IMG/VR virus record: IMGVR_UViG_3300023179_009191
Location: 1-64,000 of that record
Source of the DNA: a virus
DNA: 64,000 nucleotides
Strand: one strand, 5' to 3'
In this document: piece after piece, positions 1 through 9,664 of the stretch
Layout: each line of letters starts with the position of its first letter
Position numbering within the stretch: position 1 is the stretch's first letter
Position numbers and translations under genes: made by a program
The notes under the pieces: model-generated
Told to the model about the DNA's origin: nothing
Database searches by the model: none
Seen by the model: the letters and a program-made list of their open reading frames with translations, nothing else

Positions 1-750
1 TGTAGGAAACTTGTATGTGATAAATTTGTTGCCTTGTGCATCTTTTAATTTGTAAACACTATAACCACCTTGCTCTGGGGTGCCAGGGACCACCTTTACA
101 TTATAAAGCTCCAATTCACCTTCATAACGATCACCAGGCTTGCCTACATGTTGTACTGTAGAAGTTTCTTGATTCTTTTTAGTCACATCATCATAATACA
201 TCTGAGCAAAAGCTTGTATGGCTTGAGCAGTGTCTGTGTGAGCATACTTGGGGTCAGCATTCTTGGCAAGGAATGCAAAGTACCCAGGATCTTCCAGATA
301 CACATCAGGAAATGATTTGCCTCTGTACTTACCAAAAGTAAAGTTTGGTGTAGCTTTGCTCCTGCCTATCAAGTGCTCTCTGGTTTCATCACTATGCAAC
401 TCTACCCTTACATTCTTAACTACTGGCTTAGATATAGCTTTTTCAACTGATGTGACAATGTCTGTGGAGAGGTTTCCAAAATAAATAGGATTTTTAATAT
501 AATTACGTATAGTAGCAGGAATGTCTCTGAATCTCCAGAAAGTATAATAGACTTGATGCTTTCCAGTCACATCAATGAAGTAAAGGTTTTTTTCACCATC
601 TTTGGGGTTGACCACAGCATCATTGTGCTTTTTTAACATTTCATATGCTTTATCTTTCTCTTCTTGGGGTACCTGTTTCCAAGGCAAAATACCACCCGTA
701 GTAGGCATAGTATTCTCTAAAATATTGTTAACTAATGCATCAAATTTCAC
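1..750 (-). CDS. Hypothetical late protein, partial (runs off window start)
   Basis: Manual translation from GTG at 750 (MKFDALVNNILENTMPTT...FTFGKYRGKSFPDV...YKFPT) is open to base 1; TATAAATA lies 6 nt upstream. Confidence 0.75.
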   Translation of the reverse strand, partial: MKFDALVNNILENTMPTTGGILPWKQVPQEEKDKAYEMLKKHNDAVVNPKDGEKNLYFIDVTGKHQVYYTFWRFRDIPATIRNYIKNPIYFGNLSTDIVTSVEKAISKPVVKNVRVELHSDETREHLIGRSKATPNFTFGKYRGKSFPDVYLEDPGYFAFLAKNADPKYAHTDTAQAIQAFAQMYYDDVTKKNQETSTVQHVGKPGDRYEGELELYNVKVVPGTPEQGGYSVYKLKDAQGNKFITYKFPT

Positions 751-756
751 TTTAAT

Positions 757-764
757 TATTTATA
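757..764 (-). promoter_or_regulatory. T4 gp55-type late promoter TATAAATA
   Basis: Exact TATAAATA on the minus strand just upstream of the GTG at 750. Confidence 0.65.
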
Positions 765-823
765 TATTAACGGAATTTTATTGTTTTGTCAATAAAAAAA
801 GTTGATGTTTGCATGTTTTGATA

Positions 824-831
824 TATAAATA
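824..831 (+). promoter_or_regulatory. T4-type late promoter TATAAATA upstream of hsp20
   Basis: Exact TATAAATA, divergent from the copy at 757-764. Confidence 0.5.
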
Positions 832-902
832 TATTTGCTAGTACACATAGTGGCTAGCATTGGACCCAAAAGGCCAAATAACAATGAGAGGAGGTAAAAA
901 AC

Positions 903-1424
903 ATGGGAAATAATGGTGACCTGCCTGTGGAGAGCGGTAGAGCTTATACAGGCCGTGTAGTTCCAAGCTTTAATGCTTGGCCATCGCTTAGAGATGAATT
1001 CCTCACACCCTTTGACAGGGTATTTGACAAATTGACCAATGACTTGTTCCCTAGCCTGTCTAAGGAATTTGGTGTTGGACTGTTTGAAAAGGAATCTTAT
1101 CCCAAAGTGGACATTGTGGATCACAAAGACCGTGTCTCTATTGAAGCAGAGATTCCTGGTCTGAAGAAGAATCAAATCACAGTGGACGTCAAGGATGGTG
1201 TGTTAACTATTGCTGGTCAAAAACAAGACAAAAAAGAAGAGACAGAAGAAGGTACTTACGTTCGCAGAGAACTGAAACGTAGCTCATTCCGTCGTTCTTT
1301 TGCTCTTGGTGAAAACCTAGATCATGACAATGTTAAAGCACAATTCCAAGATGGAATCCTGGTCATTGACGTTGCCAAAGTCAAGCCAGTGGAAACTAAA
1401 GCCAAGATCATTGATATCAAATAA
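903..1424 (+). CDS. hsp20: Small heat shock protein (Hsp20/alpha-crystallin family)
   Basis: YPKVDI...AEIPGLKK...DGVLTI.G...RRE...SFRRSFAL...A.FQDGIL.I motifs; GAGGAGG RBS. Confidence 0.95.
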   Translation: MGNNGDLPVESGRAYTGRVVPSFNAWPSLRDEFLTPFDRVFDKLTNDLFPSLSKEFGVGLFEKESYPKVDIVDHKDRVSIEAEIPGLKKNQITVDVKDGVLTIAGQKQDKKEETEEGTYVRRELKRSSFRRSFALGENLDHDNVKAQFQDGILVIDVAKVKPVETKAKIIDIK

Positions 1425-1443
1425 GATATTCATGGTTGGCTAC

Positions 1444-1478
1444 AGAACCCGCTAGTATGTCCTGGCGGGTTCTTTTTT
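1444..1478 (+). terminator. Intrinsic terminator after hsp20
   Basis: AGAACCCGCTAG/CTGGCGGGTTCT hairpin followed by a T-tract. Confidence 0.85.
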
Positions 1479-1684
1479 AATCATATACGTATTAGAAATA
1501 CTAATACCTTATATTAGAAGCTTGCTTTAAGTATAATTACTATTATAAGTATGTGCATTGAAACAAATTAAAAAATATGAAAAATATTTCTAATGTTTTT
1601 GAGTCTCGTCTGTCTAATATGGTATGAATGCAAGGAACACAGCTCTGCATGAAACATTCAGCACAACAGCTGAACGTTTAGAAC

Positions 1685-1709
1685 AAGCCGCAAATGATGC
1701 GGCTTTTTT
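1685..1709 (+). terminator. Terminator-like hairpin in the leader of the PEP-CTERM operon
   Basis: AAGCCGCA-AATGA-TGCGGCTT then a T run, 12 nt before ATG 1722. Confidence 0.55.
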
Positions 1710-1721
1710 AATGGTCAATTT

Positions 1722-2528
1722 ATGAAAAAACTAATAACAACAATACTATCAATACTAGCAATCAACATTACCGCACATGCAGGTACCATATTAATAGACT
1801 TTGGTACTACAGGGGCAGGGTGGTATGGTGGAGCTTCTGTAGTAGGAGCTGATGCCAGAGGAAATTACTGGAACAGCGTAACCTCTGGCACATACTACCC
1901 CAACCTTGTTGATACCACAGGAGCTGTAACTTCTGTTGGAGGATTTGGGTTCTTGACAGGCATGACATTTAGTAGTTACAACGGGCCTGCAGGGGCCACT
2001 TCCACACCTTTGACGCAAGCACAATTAGATGCTACTGTGTTCACTGCTGATGCAGGAATATTTGGTGTGAAGGAAGTATTAGTTGATTATATTAAAACTG
2101 CCACAAGTATACCCAAAGTTCAATGGGTTGTAAATGGGTTAGATGCTTCATCATTGTACAATATAAAATTTTATGGTTCAGCAAAGTATCAAAATGATTA
2201 TGCCACAAGAATGAATGTTTACAGTGATAATACATTTGCTACTAGTAGCTTGTTAGCTACAACTGTGGCCAACTTCCAGAGCCCCACACAATCTTGGGTA
2301 ATTAATACCACAGACATTGGTGTGTTAAGAAATTTGCCTACAACTGGTTCATTGTATTTTGAAATACAAGGTGCCAATGGAGGTACAGGTTTAATAAACG
2401 CCATGAGCATTGAAACTGTGGCTATTCCTGAACCCACAGTATTAGATATTATCACCCTGCCTTACAAAATTGTAAATTGGTTAAGACCCAAAGGTAATAG
2501 AACCACCTTTTTAGCAGGAGTATATTGA
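1722..2528 (+). CDS. Secreted protein with degenerate PEP-CTERM tail
   Basis: Signal peptide MKKLITTILSILAINITAHA, then ILIDFG; C-terminal AIPEPT followed by a poor TM segment. Confidence 0.75.
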   Translation: MKKLITTILSILAINITAHAGTILIDFGTTGAGWYGGASVVGADARGNYWNSVTSGTYYPNLVDTTGAVTSVGGFGFLTGMTFSSYNGPAGATSTPLTQAQLDATVFTADAGIFGVKEVLVDYIKTATSIPKVQWVVNGLDASSLYNIKFYGSAKYQNDYATRMNVYSDNTFATSSLLATTVANFQSPTQSWVINTTDIGVLRNLPTTGSLYFEIQGANGGTGLINAMSIETVAIPEPTVLDIITLPYKIVNWLRPKGNRTTFLAGVY

Positions 2529-2531
2529 TTT

Positions 2532-4913
2532 ATGAAAAAACTCATAACAACAATACTAGCAGTAATAACAACAGCTGCATGTCATGCAGCACCATTTGGT
2601 CTCTGGATCAATGCAAATACCACAAACAACTACAGCGATTCTTCCAAATGGATTGCTATAAATGGCAGTTTGCCTGGAGGGGTTCCAGGTCCTAGCAATG
2701 ATGCATACATATTTGATGGCACATTATTAGTAGGACCTGGGGGCAATTTTAATCCTCAGCAATTAATCATGGGATGGGAAAACTGGCATGCAGGTGAGTA
2801 CTTGCAAACAGGAGGCACCACAAGAGTTGAGTTCTGGACCACAGTAGGCAAAGCTGGAAATCAGGTATTCAACATGAATGATGGTTCATATTCCACAGGT
2901 GATCTGGCAGTGGGATGGATAAACCCAGTCACTTCTTCTGTAGGCACAGGTGTATTCAATTTGAATGGCGGTACTTTTTCAAGCCGTGCAGCTGTATTTG
3001 TGGGTCTTGAAGGTGCCACTGGAACTGTAAACATCAATGGAGGTACATTAAATTCTACAGGTAATGAGTGGGGTTCATTTAGAATAGCCAATTATGGTAC
3101 TGGCAGTGGTGTGTTGAATTTGGGTGGCACAGGAGTTGTGAATGCTTCTAAATACACTGCTGTGGGAGGCTGGGGAAATGGAGTTTTGAATATCACAGGA
3201 GGCACTTGGAATCAAGTGGCTGGGGGAATTACAGTGGGAGATTTTGCAGATAATAATTGGACAGGCAGAGGAGATGTGAATCAAAATGCAGGAGTGGTTA
3301 ATGCAGATTATGTTTATTTACAAAATGGAACTTACAATTTAAATGGTGGTACATTGAATGTAAATGGAATAGCAGATACATCCAATGTTGCATTGGGTGT
3401 TATGAATCTTAATGGCGGTACTTTGCTTGCTCGTATCAATAGCTCTGATTTTATTCAGGCCAACACAGTGGATATAAAACAGGGCGGGGTCACGGTTAAT
3501 ACTGCTGATAAAGAGATAGTAATTGATAAAGAATTGCAAGGTGTAGGTGGCTTGATAAAAGAAGGAACAGGCACATTAACTTTTAATAAAACCAACACAT
3601 ATGCAGGAACCACTACAATTAATACAGGCACTGTAATAGTGAATTCAAATGGTTCGCTTGCTTCAAGTAACATAGTTGTTTCTGCAGGAACACAGTTCAG
3701 GGTTAACGGGTCTGCAGGTAACATTAATTTGTTAGGCACATTAACTGGTAGCGGCTATGCAGGTTCAGTAATTCTTAATGGAGGAACTGTTTCTCCAGGC
3801 AATAGTCCAGGGCTTTTAACTGTGAATAACCTGGATGCTAGCAATGGTAATTTTGTATTTGAATTAGGAGCTCCCACCACTAGAGGAGGTACTTATGATG
3901 CAATTGATGTTCAACAATTATTAGTTTTAGGTTCAAATACACAATGGAATTTTAGTAATTATAATAATTACATTTTTCAAACAAATGACTCATATGATCT
4001 GTTCAATTGGAACACTCTGGAAGCATCTGCATTTGATTCAAATGTTTTATTAGCCGCACTCCCTGATCTGGATACTGCCAACACAGGATTAGCATGGAGC
4101 GTGAATGCATTTACTGTGGATGGTACCATTTCAGTGATACCTGAACCTAATGCATTAACGTTGTTGATTGCAGGGTTCATATTTTTAGGACTTATGAAAA
4201 CCATAAACAAAACTAAAGCTGGTTTGCTTGCTGCATTGCTGGCCATCTTTAGTCTAAACACCATTAATGCAGAAATTATATTCACAGAAGACTTTGAGGA
4301 TGGTGCATGGACTGGCTTCAGTTCCTACCCTTCAGCAAATACTGCTGTGCTCAACTCTGGTGATACCATATATGGTGCACCTGCCACTGGTGCCCCTGGA
4401 ACTTACATTGTAGCTCCTGGTGGTTCCAAACTGGGTAAAATGTGGCCATTATACTGGTCACCAGGCAATGTGACCACATCCACATTTGTTCTGTATAATG
4501 ACTACTATGCAACACCTGAAACTGGATGGGTGCCTTATTTGCAAGGCAAACAAGTAAAACTATCCATGGATGTGTACATATCCAGTTATGATCCCATGCA
4601 AGCCAGCACTGATGTGAACATATTTGCCAAGTTCTTTAACCAGGACTATTCATACTACTATGATTGGGCATCAGTAATTACTTCTGTCAAAGATACCCTG
4701 CTAGACACATGGGTAACCAGAGAAATAACTGTAACTGTGCCCAATGATGTTTCCATCATACAGTTTGGATTGGAAATGACTCAACAAAATTATAGCTCTG
4801 GAGCTGTTAATGTTGATAACATGGCAATTCAAATAGTACCAGAACCTTCAGCAGGTGCTTTGATAGTAGCTGGTACTGGTTGTTTGGTAGCTCTCAGAAG
4901 GTTCAGAAAATAA
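2532..4913 (+). CDS. PEP-CTERM surface protein with autotransporter-associated beta-strand repeat; tandem fusion carrying two PEP-CTERM signals
   Basis: Signal peptide; Gly-rich beta repeats; GGLIKEGTGTLTFNKTNTYAGTTTINTGT repeat; SPGNSPG; internal VIPEP+TM; terminal VPEPSAGALIVAGTGCLVALRRFRK. Confidence 0.85.
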   Translation: MKKLITTILAVITTAACHAAPFGLWINANTTNNYSDSSKWIAINGSLPGGVPGPSNDAYIFDGTLLVGPGGNFNPQQLIMGWENWHAGEYLQTGGTTRVEFWTTVGKAGNQVFNMNDGSYSTGDLAVGWINPVTSSVGTGVFNLNGGTFSSRAAVFVGLEGATGTVNINGGTLNSTGNEWGSFRIANYGTGSGVLNLGGTGVVNASKYTAVGGWGNGVLNITGGTWNQVAGGITVGDFADNNWTGRGDVNQNAGVVNADYVYLQNGTYNLNGGTLNVNGIADTSNVALGVMNLNGGTLLARINSSDFIQANTVDIKQGGVTVNTADKEIVIDKELQGVGGLIKEGTGTLTFNKTNTYAGTTTINTGTVIVNSNGSLASSNIVVSAGTQFRVNGSAGNINLLGTLTGSGYAGSVILNGGTVSPGNSPGLLTVNNLDASNGNFVFELGAPTTRGGTYDAIDVQQLLVLGSNTQWNFSNYNNYIFQTNDSYDLFNWNTLEASAFDSNVLLAALPDLDTANTGLAWSVNAFTVDGTISVIPEPNALTLLIAGFIFLGLMKTINKTKAGLLAALLAIFSLNTINAEIIFTEDFEDGAWTGFSSYPSANTAVLNSGDTIYGAPATGAPGTYIVAPGGSKLGKMWPLYWSPGNVTTSTFVLYNDYYATPETGWVPYLQGKQVKLSMDVYISSYDPMQASTDVNIFAKFFNQDYSYYYDWASVITSVKDTLLDTWVTREITVTVPNDVSIIQFGLEMTQQNYSSGAVNVDNMAIQIVPEPSAGALIVAGTGCLVALRRFRK

Positions 4914-5834
4914 ATGATAAGAGTTGCACTCTGCATTCTGCTATTTCTGCATGCTAGCATGGTGCAGAGTGCAACCTATCAACTGGTGTGGCAAGATGAA
5001 TTCAATCAATTCACCAGTGGCACTTACAACAGATGGGACGTTGATAGAAATGCATGGAATGTGGAAGTTGTTGATAATCCTAATAACAATGAAATTCAGC
5101 AGTACAGAGATAACAGAGACAATGTAAGAATAGAAGTAGATACTTCCAACACTTCTGATGGTATTCTTGTGTTAGAGGCCAGGAGACAGAACTTCTCTCA
5201 AAACCTGGGAGCATGGACTTCAGGCAGAATCAATACCAAGAACAAAATGGAAATAACTTATGGCAAGGTTGAAGTTTCTGCTAAATTGCCTTCCTTGCCA
5301 GGTAGCTGGCCAGCCATATGGATGCTGGGCAGCAATTATGGCAGTGCAGGATGGCCTGCCAGTGGTGAAATTGATATCATGGAAATGGGACGCAACACAG
5401 GGTGGAACTATATCAACAGCACAGTGCACTGGGAGTATAATGGCCATGCATCATATGGCACTGGAAACAATCAGTCAGGTTCTCCTTTGCTTTTAAATGC
5501 AGCATCCACTTCTTTTCATGTTTATGGCTTAGAATGGGCACCAGATTTTATAAAAACATATGTGGATGGAAATTTGTTATGGGCCATAAGCATGCCAGTA
5601 CCTGGCATAGATCCTTTTGACAATCCTTTCTTTCTTATTCTCAACAATGCCATGGGGGGCGATATTGGTGGAACAGTAGATTCTACAAGCAACATATCTC
5701 GTATGGAAGTGGATTATGTAAAAGTATATCAGTCTGCAGATTATGCCAACACACTTTCTGTTCCTGAACCTAGTACTAACAGTTTATTAATGGCATTTTT
5801 AACGACTGGTTTTATTATTAAAAGGAGATTATGA
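4914..5834 (+). CDS. Glycoside hydrolase family 16 (beta-1,3-glucanase/laminarinase-like) with PEP-CTERM
   Basis: LVWQDEF, WTSGRINTK, WPAIWMLG, catalytic GEIDIME, FHVYGLEW, MEVDYVKVY; C-terminal VPEPS-TM-KRRL. Confidence 0.92.
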   Translation: MIRVALCILLFLHASMVQSATYQLVWQDEFNQFTSGTYNRWDVDRNAWNVEVVDNPNNNEIQQYRDNRDNVRIEVDTSNTSDGILVLEARRQNFSQNLGAWTSGRINTKNKMEITYGKVEVSAKLPSLPGSWPAIWMLGSNYGSAGWPASGEIDIMEMGRNTGWNYINSTVHWEYNGHASYGTGNNQSGSPLLLNAASTSFHVYGLEWAPDFIKTYVDGNLLWAISMPVPGIDPFDNPFFLILNNAMGGDIGGTVDSTSNISRMEVDYVKVYQSADYANTLSVPEPSTNSLLMAFLTTGFIIKRRL

Positions 5835-6283
5835 ATGAGCTTTCAAAGCTTATACAGAAAGCTAGTGTTCTTAATGACCCTGGTGATGCGTATTTTAATA
5901 GTTTCCTTTCTCGCTATAAAATGTATCGTAAGGCAAAAGTTAGAAAACAACAAATCTTGGTGGCTGTTGCGGCCCTAACAGTTGCATGTTTATGCTACAC
6001 ATCTATAAATAATAATGAGCTGGACATACCAACAGCTTCTGGGGTAGACATGACAAATCATTATTTACAACATGGCAAGACAGTGGTTTTTGAAGGTACC
6101 GTGATTGATGTTACTAATTTTATCAAAGAACAGGTTCAACAAAAAACAGAGACATTGAGTTTAAGGGAATATTTTAATGGTGATGATGTGTGGGGTGTAT
6201 ATGTGCCTGGAGAAGAAAAATTCAGATATTATTATCATTGCTTGGGCATGGGAAAATATGAGGTATTTGTTATAAATGAATAG
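5831..6283 (+). CDS. Single-pass membrane protein
   Basis: ATGA overlap with the GH16 gene; basic patch followed by a hydrophobic helix. Confidence 0.65.
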   Translation: MNELSKLIQKASVLNDPGDAYFNSFLSRYKMYRKAKVRKQQILVAVAALTVACLCYTSINNNELDIPTASGVDMTNHYLQHGKTVVFEGTVIDVTNFIKEQVQQKTETLSLREYFNGDDVWGVYVPGEEKFRYYYHCLGMGKYEVFVINE

Positions 6284-6320
6284 TATTTGATTTTTTTAAA
6301 AAAACATTTATAATTAAATA

Positions 6321-6677
6321 ATGAAAAAACATTTTTTTGCCATTTTGGTTTTGCCAAGCCTTGTTTGGGGGCAGACTATCTCCAGTGATAGCAAAGAACC
6401 AATGGTTTTAAATTTTGTAAAAAACGATTCAGGAGAAATAGTCTTAAAGCTCAAGGGCCACAAACAGTCCATTGAAATTCAAATCAATGGAGTAAAAATT
6501 GCTTCTTTAAATGAGCAAGATGAAGCAGCCAATTTAACTCAAGCAGGGTTTGAATCAGCAATGCTTGCTCTGGATACCAAGAGTGGATCGTCAGGTTCTA
6601 AAATTGATGCTCAACCCACAGTGCCTCCTGTGGCCCCTGCAGTTTTTTCCAACCCTTTTGCCGCTACTCCTTATTAA
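6321..6677 (+). CDS. Secreted hypothetical protein
   Basis: Signal peptide MKKHFFAILVLPSLVWG; TAAATA upstream. Confidence 0.65.
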   Translation: MKKHFFAILVLPSLVWGQTISSDSKEPMVLNFVKNDSGEIVLKLKGHKQSIEIQINGVKIASLNEQDEAANLTQAGFESAMLALDTKSGSSGSKIDAQPTVPPVAPAVFSNPFAATPY

Positions 6678-7174
6678 TAGCTGTCAATATCTGCAGGTAA
6701 AAATTCCCAATCATCCACAACAAAGCATTTGATTATTTTAATTCCATATGTATCTTCTGCCCAATTTTTAAGTCTTGCATCATATTTGTTTTTATTTCCA
6801 GCAACTCCTACATACATGGTACCATAATTCATATCATAAGCCCATAATTTATTTTTGTATTCAAATATGCAAATAGCATGACCAAAGACTGTGGCAGTTG
6901 TTTTGCCATAAATTTTTATATCATCATTATAATTATAAGTATATCCAAAAATGGATGCATAAATTTTGGGCGTTGTCTCAGATTTTAATGCCAAGCTGGC
7001 TCGGGAAGAGTAAATTAAAGACTCAATAAAACATGAATTGGGAAGTTTTGTATAATCATATGTTATATAAGATCCATTTTTACCTATTTTAAAGCCAGTG
7101 AGCAATGAAGCATACATGGAGGCTAAAAACAAACCCATTATAGCACAATACTTTAAAATGCGTAAAAGCTTCGT
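6674..7174 (-). CDS. Membrane-anchored hypothetical protein (start ACG 7174 or ATG 7138)
   Basis: Open frame with hydrophobic N-terminus; GCTAAATAATTAT directly precedes the in-frame ACG. Confidence 0.6.
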   Translation of the reverse strand, partial: TKLLRILKYCAIMGLFLASMYASLLTGFKIGKNGSYITYDYTKLPNSCFIESLIYSSRASLALKSETTPKIYASIFGYTYNYNDDIKIYGKTTATVFGHAICIFEYKNKLWAYDMNYGTMYVGVAGNKNKYDARLKNWAEDTYGIKIIKCFVVDDWEFLPADIDSY

Positions 7175-7221
7175 ATAATTATTTAGCTTGTATTGTTTTG
7201 TTTTTCCTGTATATTTTATAC

Positions 7222-8133
7222 ATGCAATTGTCTCTATGTTGTCAAAGTAATTTGCTACATGAAGGGGGGATCAAGTTCCGTACCATGACTGTAACACAAT
7301 TCAAAAAAAAGCCTCTGCATGAGTCTCTCAATGTTTTATGTTCCAGAATCATTACAAATTTTCATACCTTGGAAAAGACAGTAAAACTATGCAAAACCAT
7401 GGGATTGGCAGGCATGCGCATTGGTAGTGATTTAATTCCAGTGATAAATCATCCTGATTTAAATCTAGATTTTTATAAACTGCCCATGCAAGATGAAATA
7501 ATGCATGCCATTAATAATGCTAAATGCATGATGCAACAATCAGGATTGCGCTTCTCTGCCCATCCTTCTGAGTTTATTAGTTTAACTTCTGAAAATCCCA
7601 GAGTAATTGCCAACAGCATAAGAGATTTAATTGCTCATGCCTTGGTATTTGAATTGTTGGGGCTGCAAGAATCTTATGAAGCTCCTCTGAACATTCATAT
7701 TCGCAAAGATGGAGACCCTGAAATTATTTTTAATGCAGTAAAAAAATCATTATCTCAATGCCCTGCATGTGTTACCAAAAGGCTTGTATTTGAAAATAAT
7801 GATAACAAATCAGGTGTATGGAGCATTAAAAACTTGGTACATTATTTTCATAATAGATTGGGCATACCCATTACCTATGATAACTTGCACCATGAAATGC
7901 TTTCAGATGGTTTGTCTCATCAACAAGCTTTTGATACAGCTTATGATACTTGGGGCAGCTATATGCCCATATTTCATTACTCAGAAGGCATCAAGGGCAC
8001 CAGAAAGCATGCAGATTATGCTAAATCTTTGCCTGTTGACCATGGTCGACCAGTCATCTGGGAAGTAGAATTAAAAGCCAAAGACAAAGCCATCAAGCGT
8101 ATGATCAAGGAATATGAAGTATCTCATCATTGA
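7222..8133 (+). CDS. uvsE: UV DNA damage endonuclease
   Basis: RFSAHPSEFISLTS, LNIHI, RLVFENND, ITYDNLHH, FHYSE, HADY, EVELKAKD motifs; start moved to ATG 7222, 34 nt after TTG. Confidence 0.92.
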   Translation: MQLSLCCQSNLLHEGGIKFRTMTVTQFKKKPLHESLNVLCSRIITNFHTLEKTVKLCKTMGLAGMRIGSDLIPVINHPDLNLDFYKLPMQDEIMHAINNAKCMMQQSGLRFSAHPSEFISLTSENPRVIANSIRDLIAHALVFELLGLQESYEAPLNIHIRKDGDPEIIFNAVKKSLSQCPACVTKRLVFENNDNKSGVWSIKNLVHYFHNRLGIPITYDNLHHEMLSDGLSHQQAFDTAYDTWGSYMPIFHYSEGIKGTRKHADYAKSLPVDHGRPVIWEVELKAKDKAIKRMIKEYEVSHH

Positions 8134-8947
8134 TGCTACTAATTTGCTGTACCGCACATGGCATGTCACCCAGCAAGCCCCAGCTGATATTTTAATTCTC
8201 ACCTATCTCAGAAGCATCAGAAAATATTTAAATGAATTTAAACCTGATGCATGTTACTCAGTTTCTGATAAAAGATTGATACATGGTGTGAAGAATTATC
8301 GTAGACAAGATGCAGAGTATAAGCAAAACCGAGACAAAAGTTTGTGGCAGAGTGTGCATGAATCAGAAGATACCATAGAACAATTAACTGCACACTTGGG
8401 CATTATCAACATGTTTCCAGGCATTTTAGAAGCAGATGATGTGATTGCATACTTGTGCAATGCATTGCAAGGCCACAAAACTGTAGTATCAACTGACAAT
8501 GATATGGCTCAGTTGGTAAGTGAAGATACACAATTGTATTCACCAGTAAAAAAAATATTGGTTACATTGGAAAATTTTGAGCAACATTATGCAGTTAGCA
8601 AAAATAGATTCCTGCTTTACAAGAGCATCATAGGAGATGCAGCTGATAATATCAAAGGCATACCTGGCTATGGCAAAGTTAAAGCCAAAAAGTTAACTGA
8701 ACATTTTGAACAAGAACATCATAAATTAACTGAAGAACATAAAAAAACTTTGAAGTACAATTTAGAAATGGTGGATTTAAAACATGGTTTGAAAGTGCAC
8801 CCAGAAGAAGAAGCAGTTTATAAAGAGCAATTGGATAGCAAAGTTCCAAATGCTAATTTTGAAGCCTTTTTAAACTTGTGCAAAGAGCTTAAGATGCAGT
8901 CCATTGTTTCTGATGCATCATCTTGGAGCCATTTATTATCCAGTTGA
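8114..8947 (+). CDS. 5'-3' exonuclease / flap endonuclease (T4 RNase H, PolI N-terminal-like)
   Basis: LIIDATNLLYR, YKQNR, LEADDVI, STDNDMAQL, GDAADNIKGIPGYGKVKA. Confidence 0.92.
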   Translation: MKYLIIDATNLLYRTWHVTQQAPADILILTYLRSIRKYLNEFKPDACYSVSDKRLIHGVKNYRRQDAEYKQNRDKSLWQSVHESEDTIEQLTAHLGIINMFPGILEADDVIAYLCNALQGHKTVVSTDNDMAQLVSEDTQLYSPVKKILVTLENFEQHYAVSKNRFLLYKSIIGDAADNIKGIPGYGKVKAKKLTEHFEQEHHKLTEEHKKTLKYNLEMVDLKHGLKVHPEEEAVYKEQLDSKVPNANFEAFLNLCKELKMQSIVSDASSWSHLLSS

Positions 8948-8977
8948 AATTTGCATAGCTTCATATAATATATTTCT

Positions 8978-9664
8978 ATGGGAATGTTTGATAATGTTAT
9001 TATAGAAGGCTTGAAACTGCCTAAACTACCTGCAGAAATTAATGCTTTTTTAAAAGCCAATGCAGCTGCATTGCCAACAGATTTTCAAACCAAAGATTTG
9101 GACAACACTCTGTCCACTTATACTATCAAAGACAGTGGCCAGATTTATTTGACAGAGCATGTGCCCACAGGCAAGAAAATGCCTTATGAACCTGTGTGGA
9201 AGTCATTTATTGACAACAGAAGCTTCTTGGAGAGACTTTATCACCATGTTAAATTCGGCAGTTACAAAAATAATAGTGAATTGAATTTTGTGGATGAAAG
9301 AAAAGCAGTTCAAACCAAAGTTAAGCTTACAGACACTTTTGATGCTTACATGTACCGTGAAATTGCTGGGCGTTATTTGGAAGCAGAATATGAATTTACA
9401 GCTTCTGAAGGCAAAGTGACAAAGGTTAAATTGCTCAAGGCAGAGCTTGAATCTGAAGCGGTAGCTAAGAAGCGCAAAGCAGATGATGAAGCTTTCAAAG
9501 CCAAGATGGGTGCTTCTTTTGAAGCCAGGAGAAAATTCACTTCTCAATGGTATTATCCTGTGATCAAAGAAATTTACAACCCTGCAGTTTTCTTTTCAAA
9601 ATTATTAATTCAAGCTGCATGCAACAAGATAGTAAGCTGGACATACCGCTGGCATGGCATCTAA
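8978..9664 (+). CDS. Hypothetical phage protein (paralog of 35634-36323)
   Basis: Shares MG[ML]FD.VII, DFQTKDLD and QWYYPVIKE.YNP with the second copy. Confidence 0.8.
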   Translation: MGMFDNVIIEGLKLPKLPAEINAFLKANAAALPTDFQTKDLDNTLSTYTIKDSGQIYLTEHVPTGKKMPYEPVWKSFIDNRSFLERLYHHVKFGSYKNNSELNFVDERKAVQTKVKLTDTFDAYMYREIAGRYLEAEYEFTASEGKVTKVKLLKAELESEAVAKKRKADDEAFKAKMGASFEARRKFTSQWYYPVIKEIYNPAVFFSKLLIQAACNKIVSWTYRWHGI

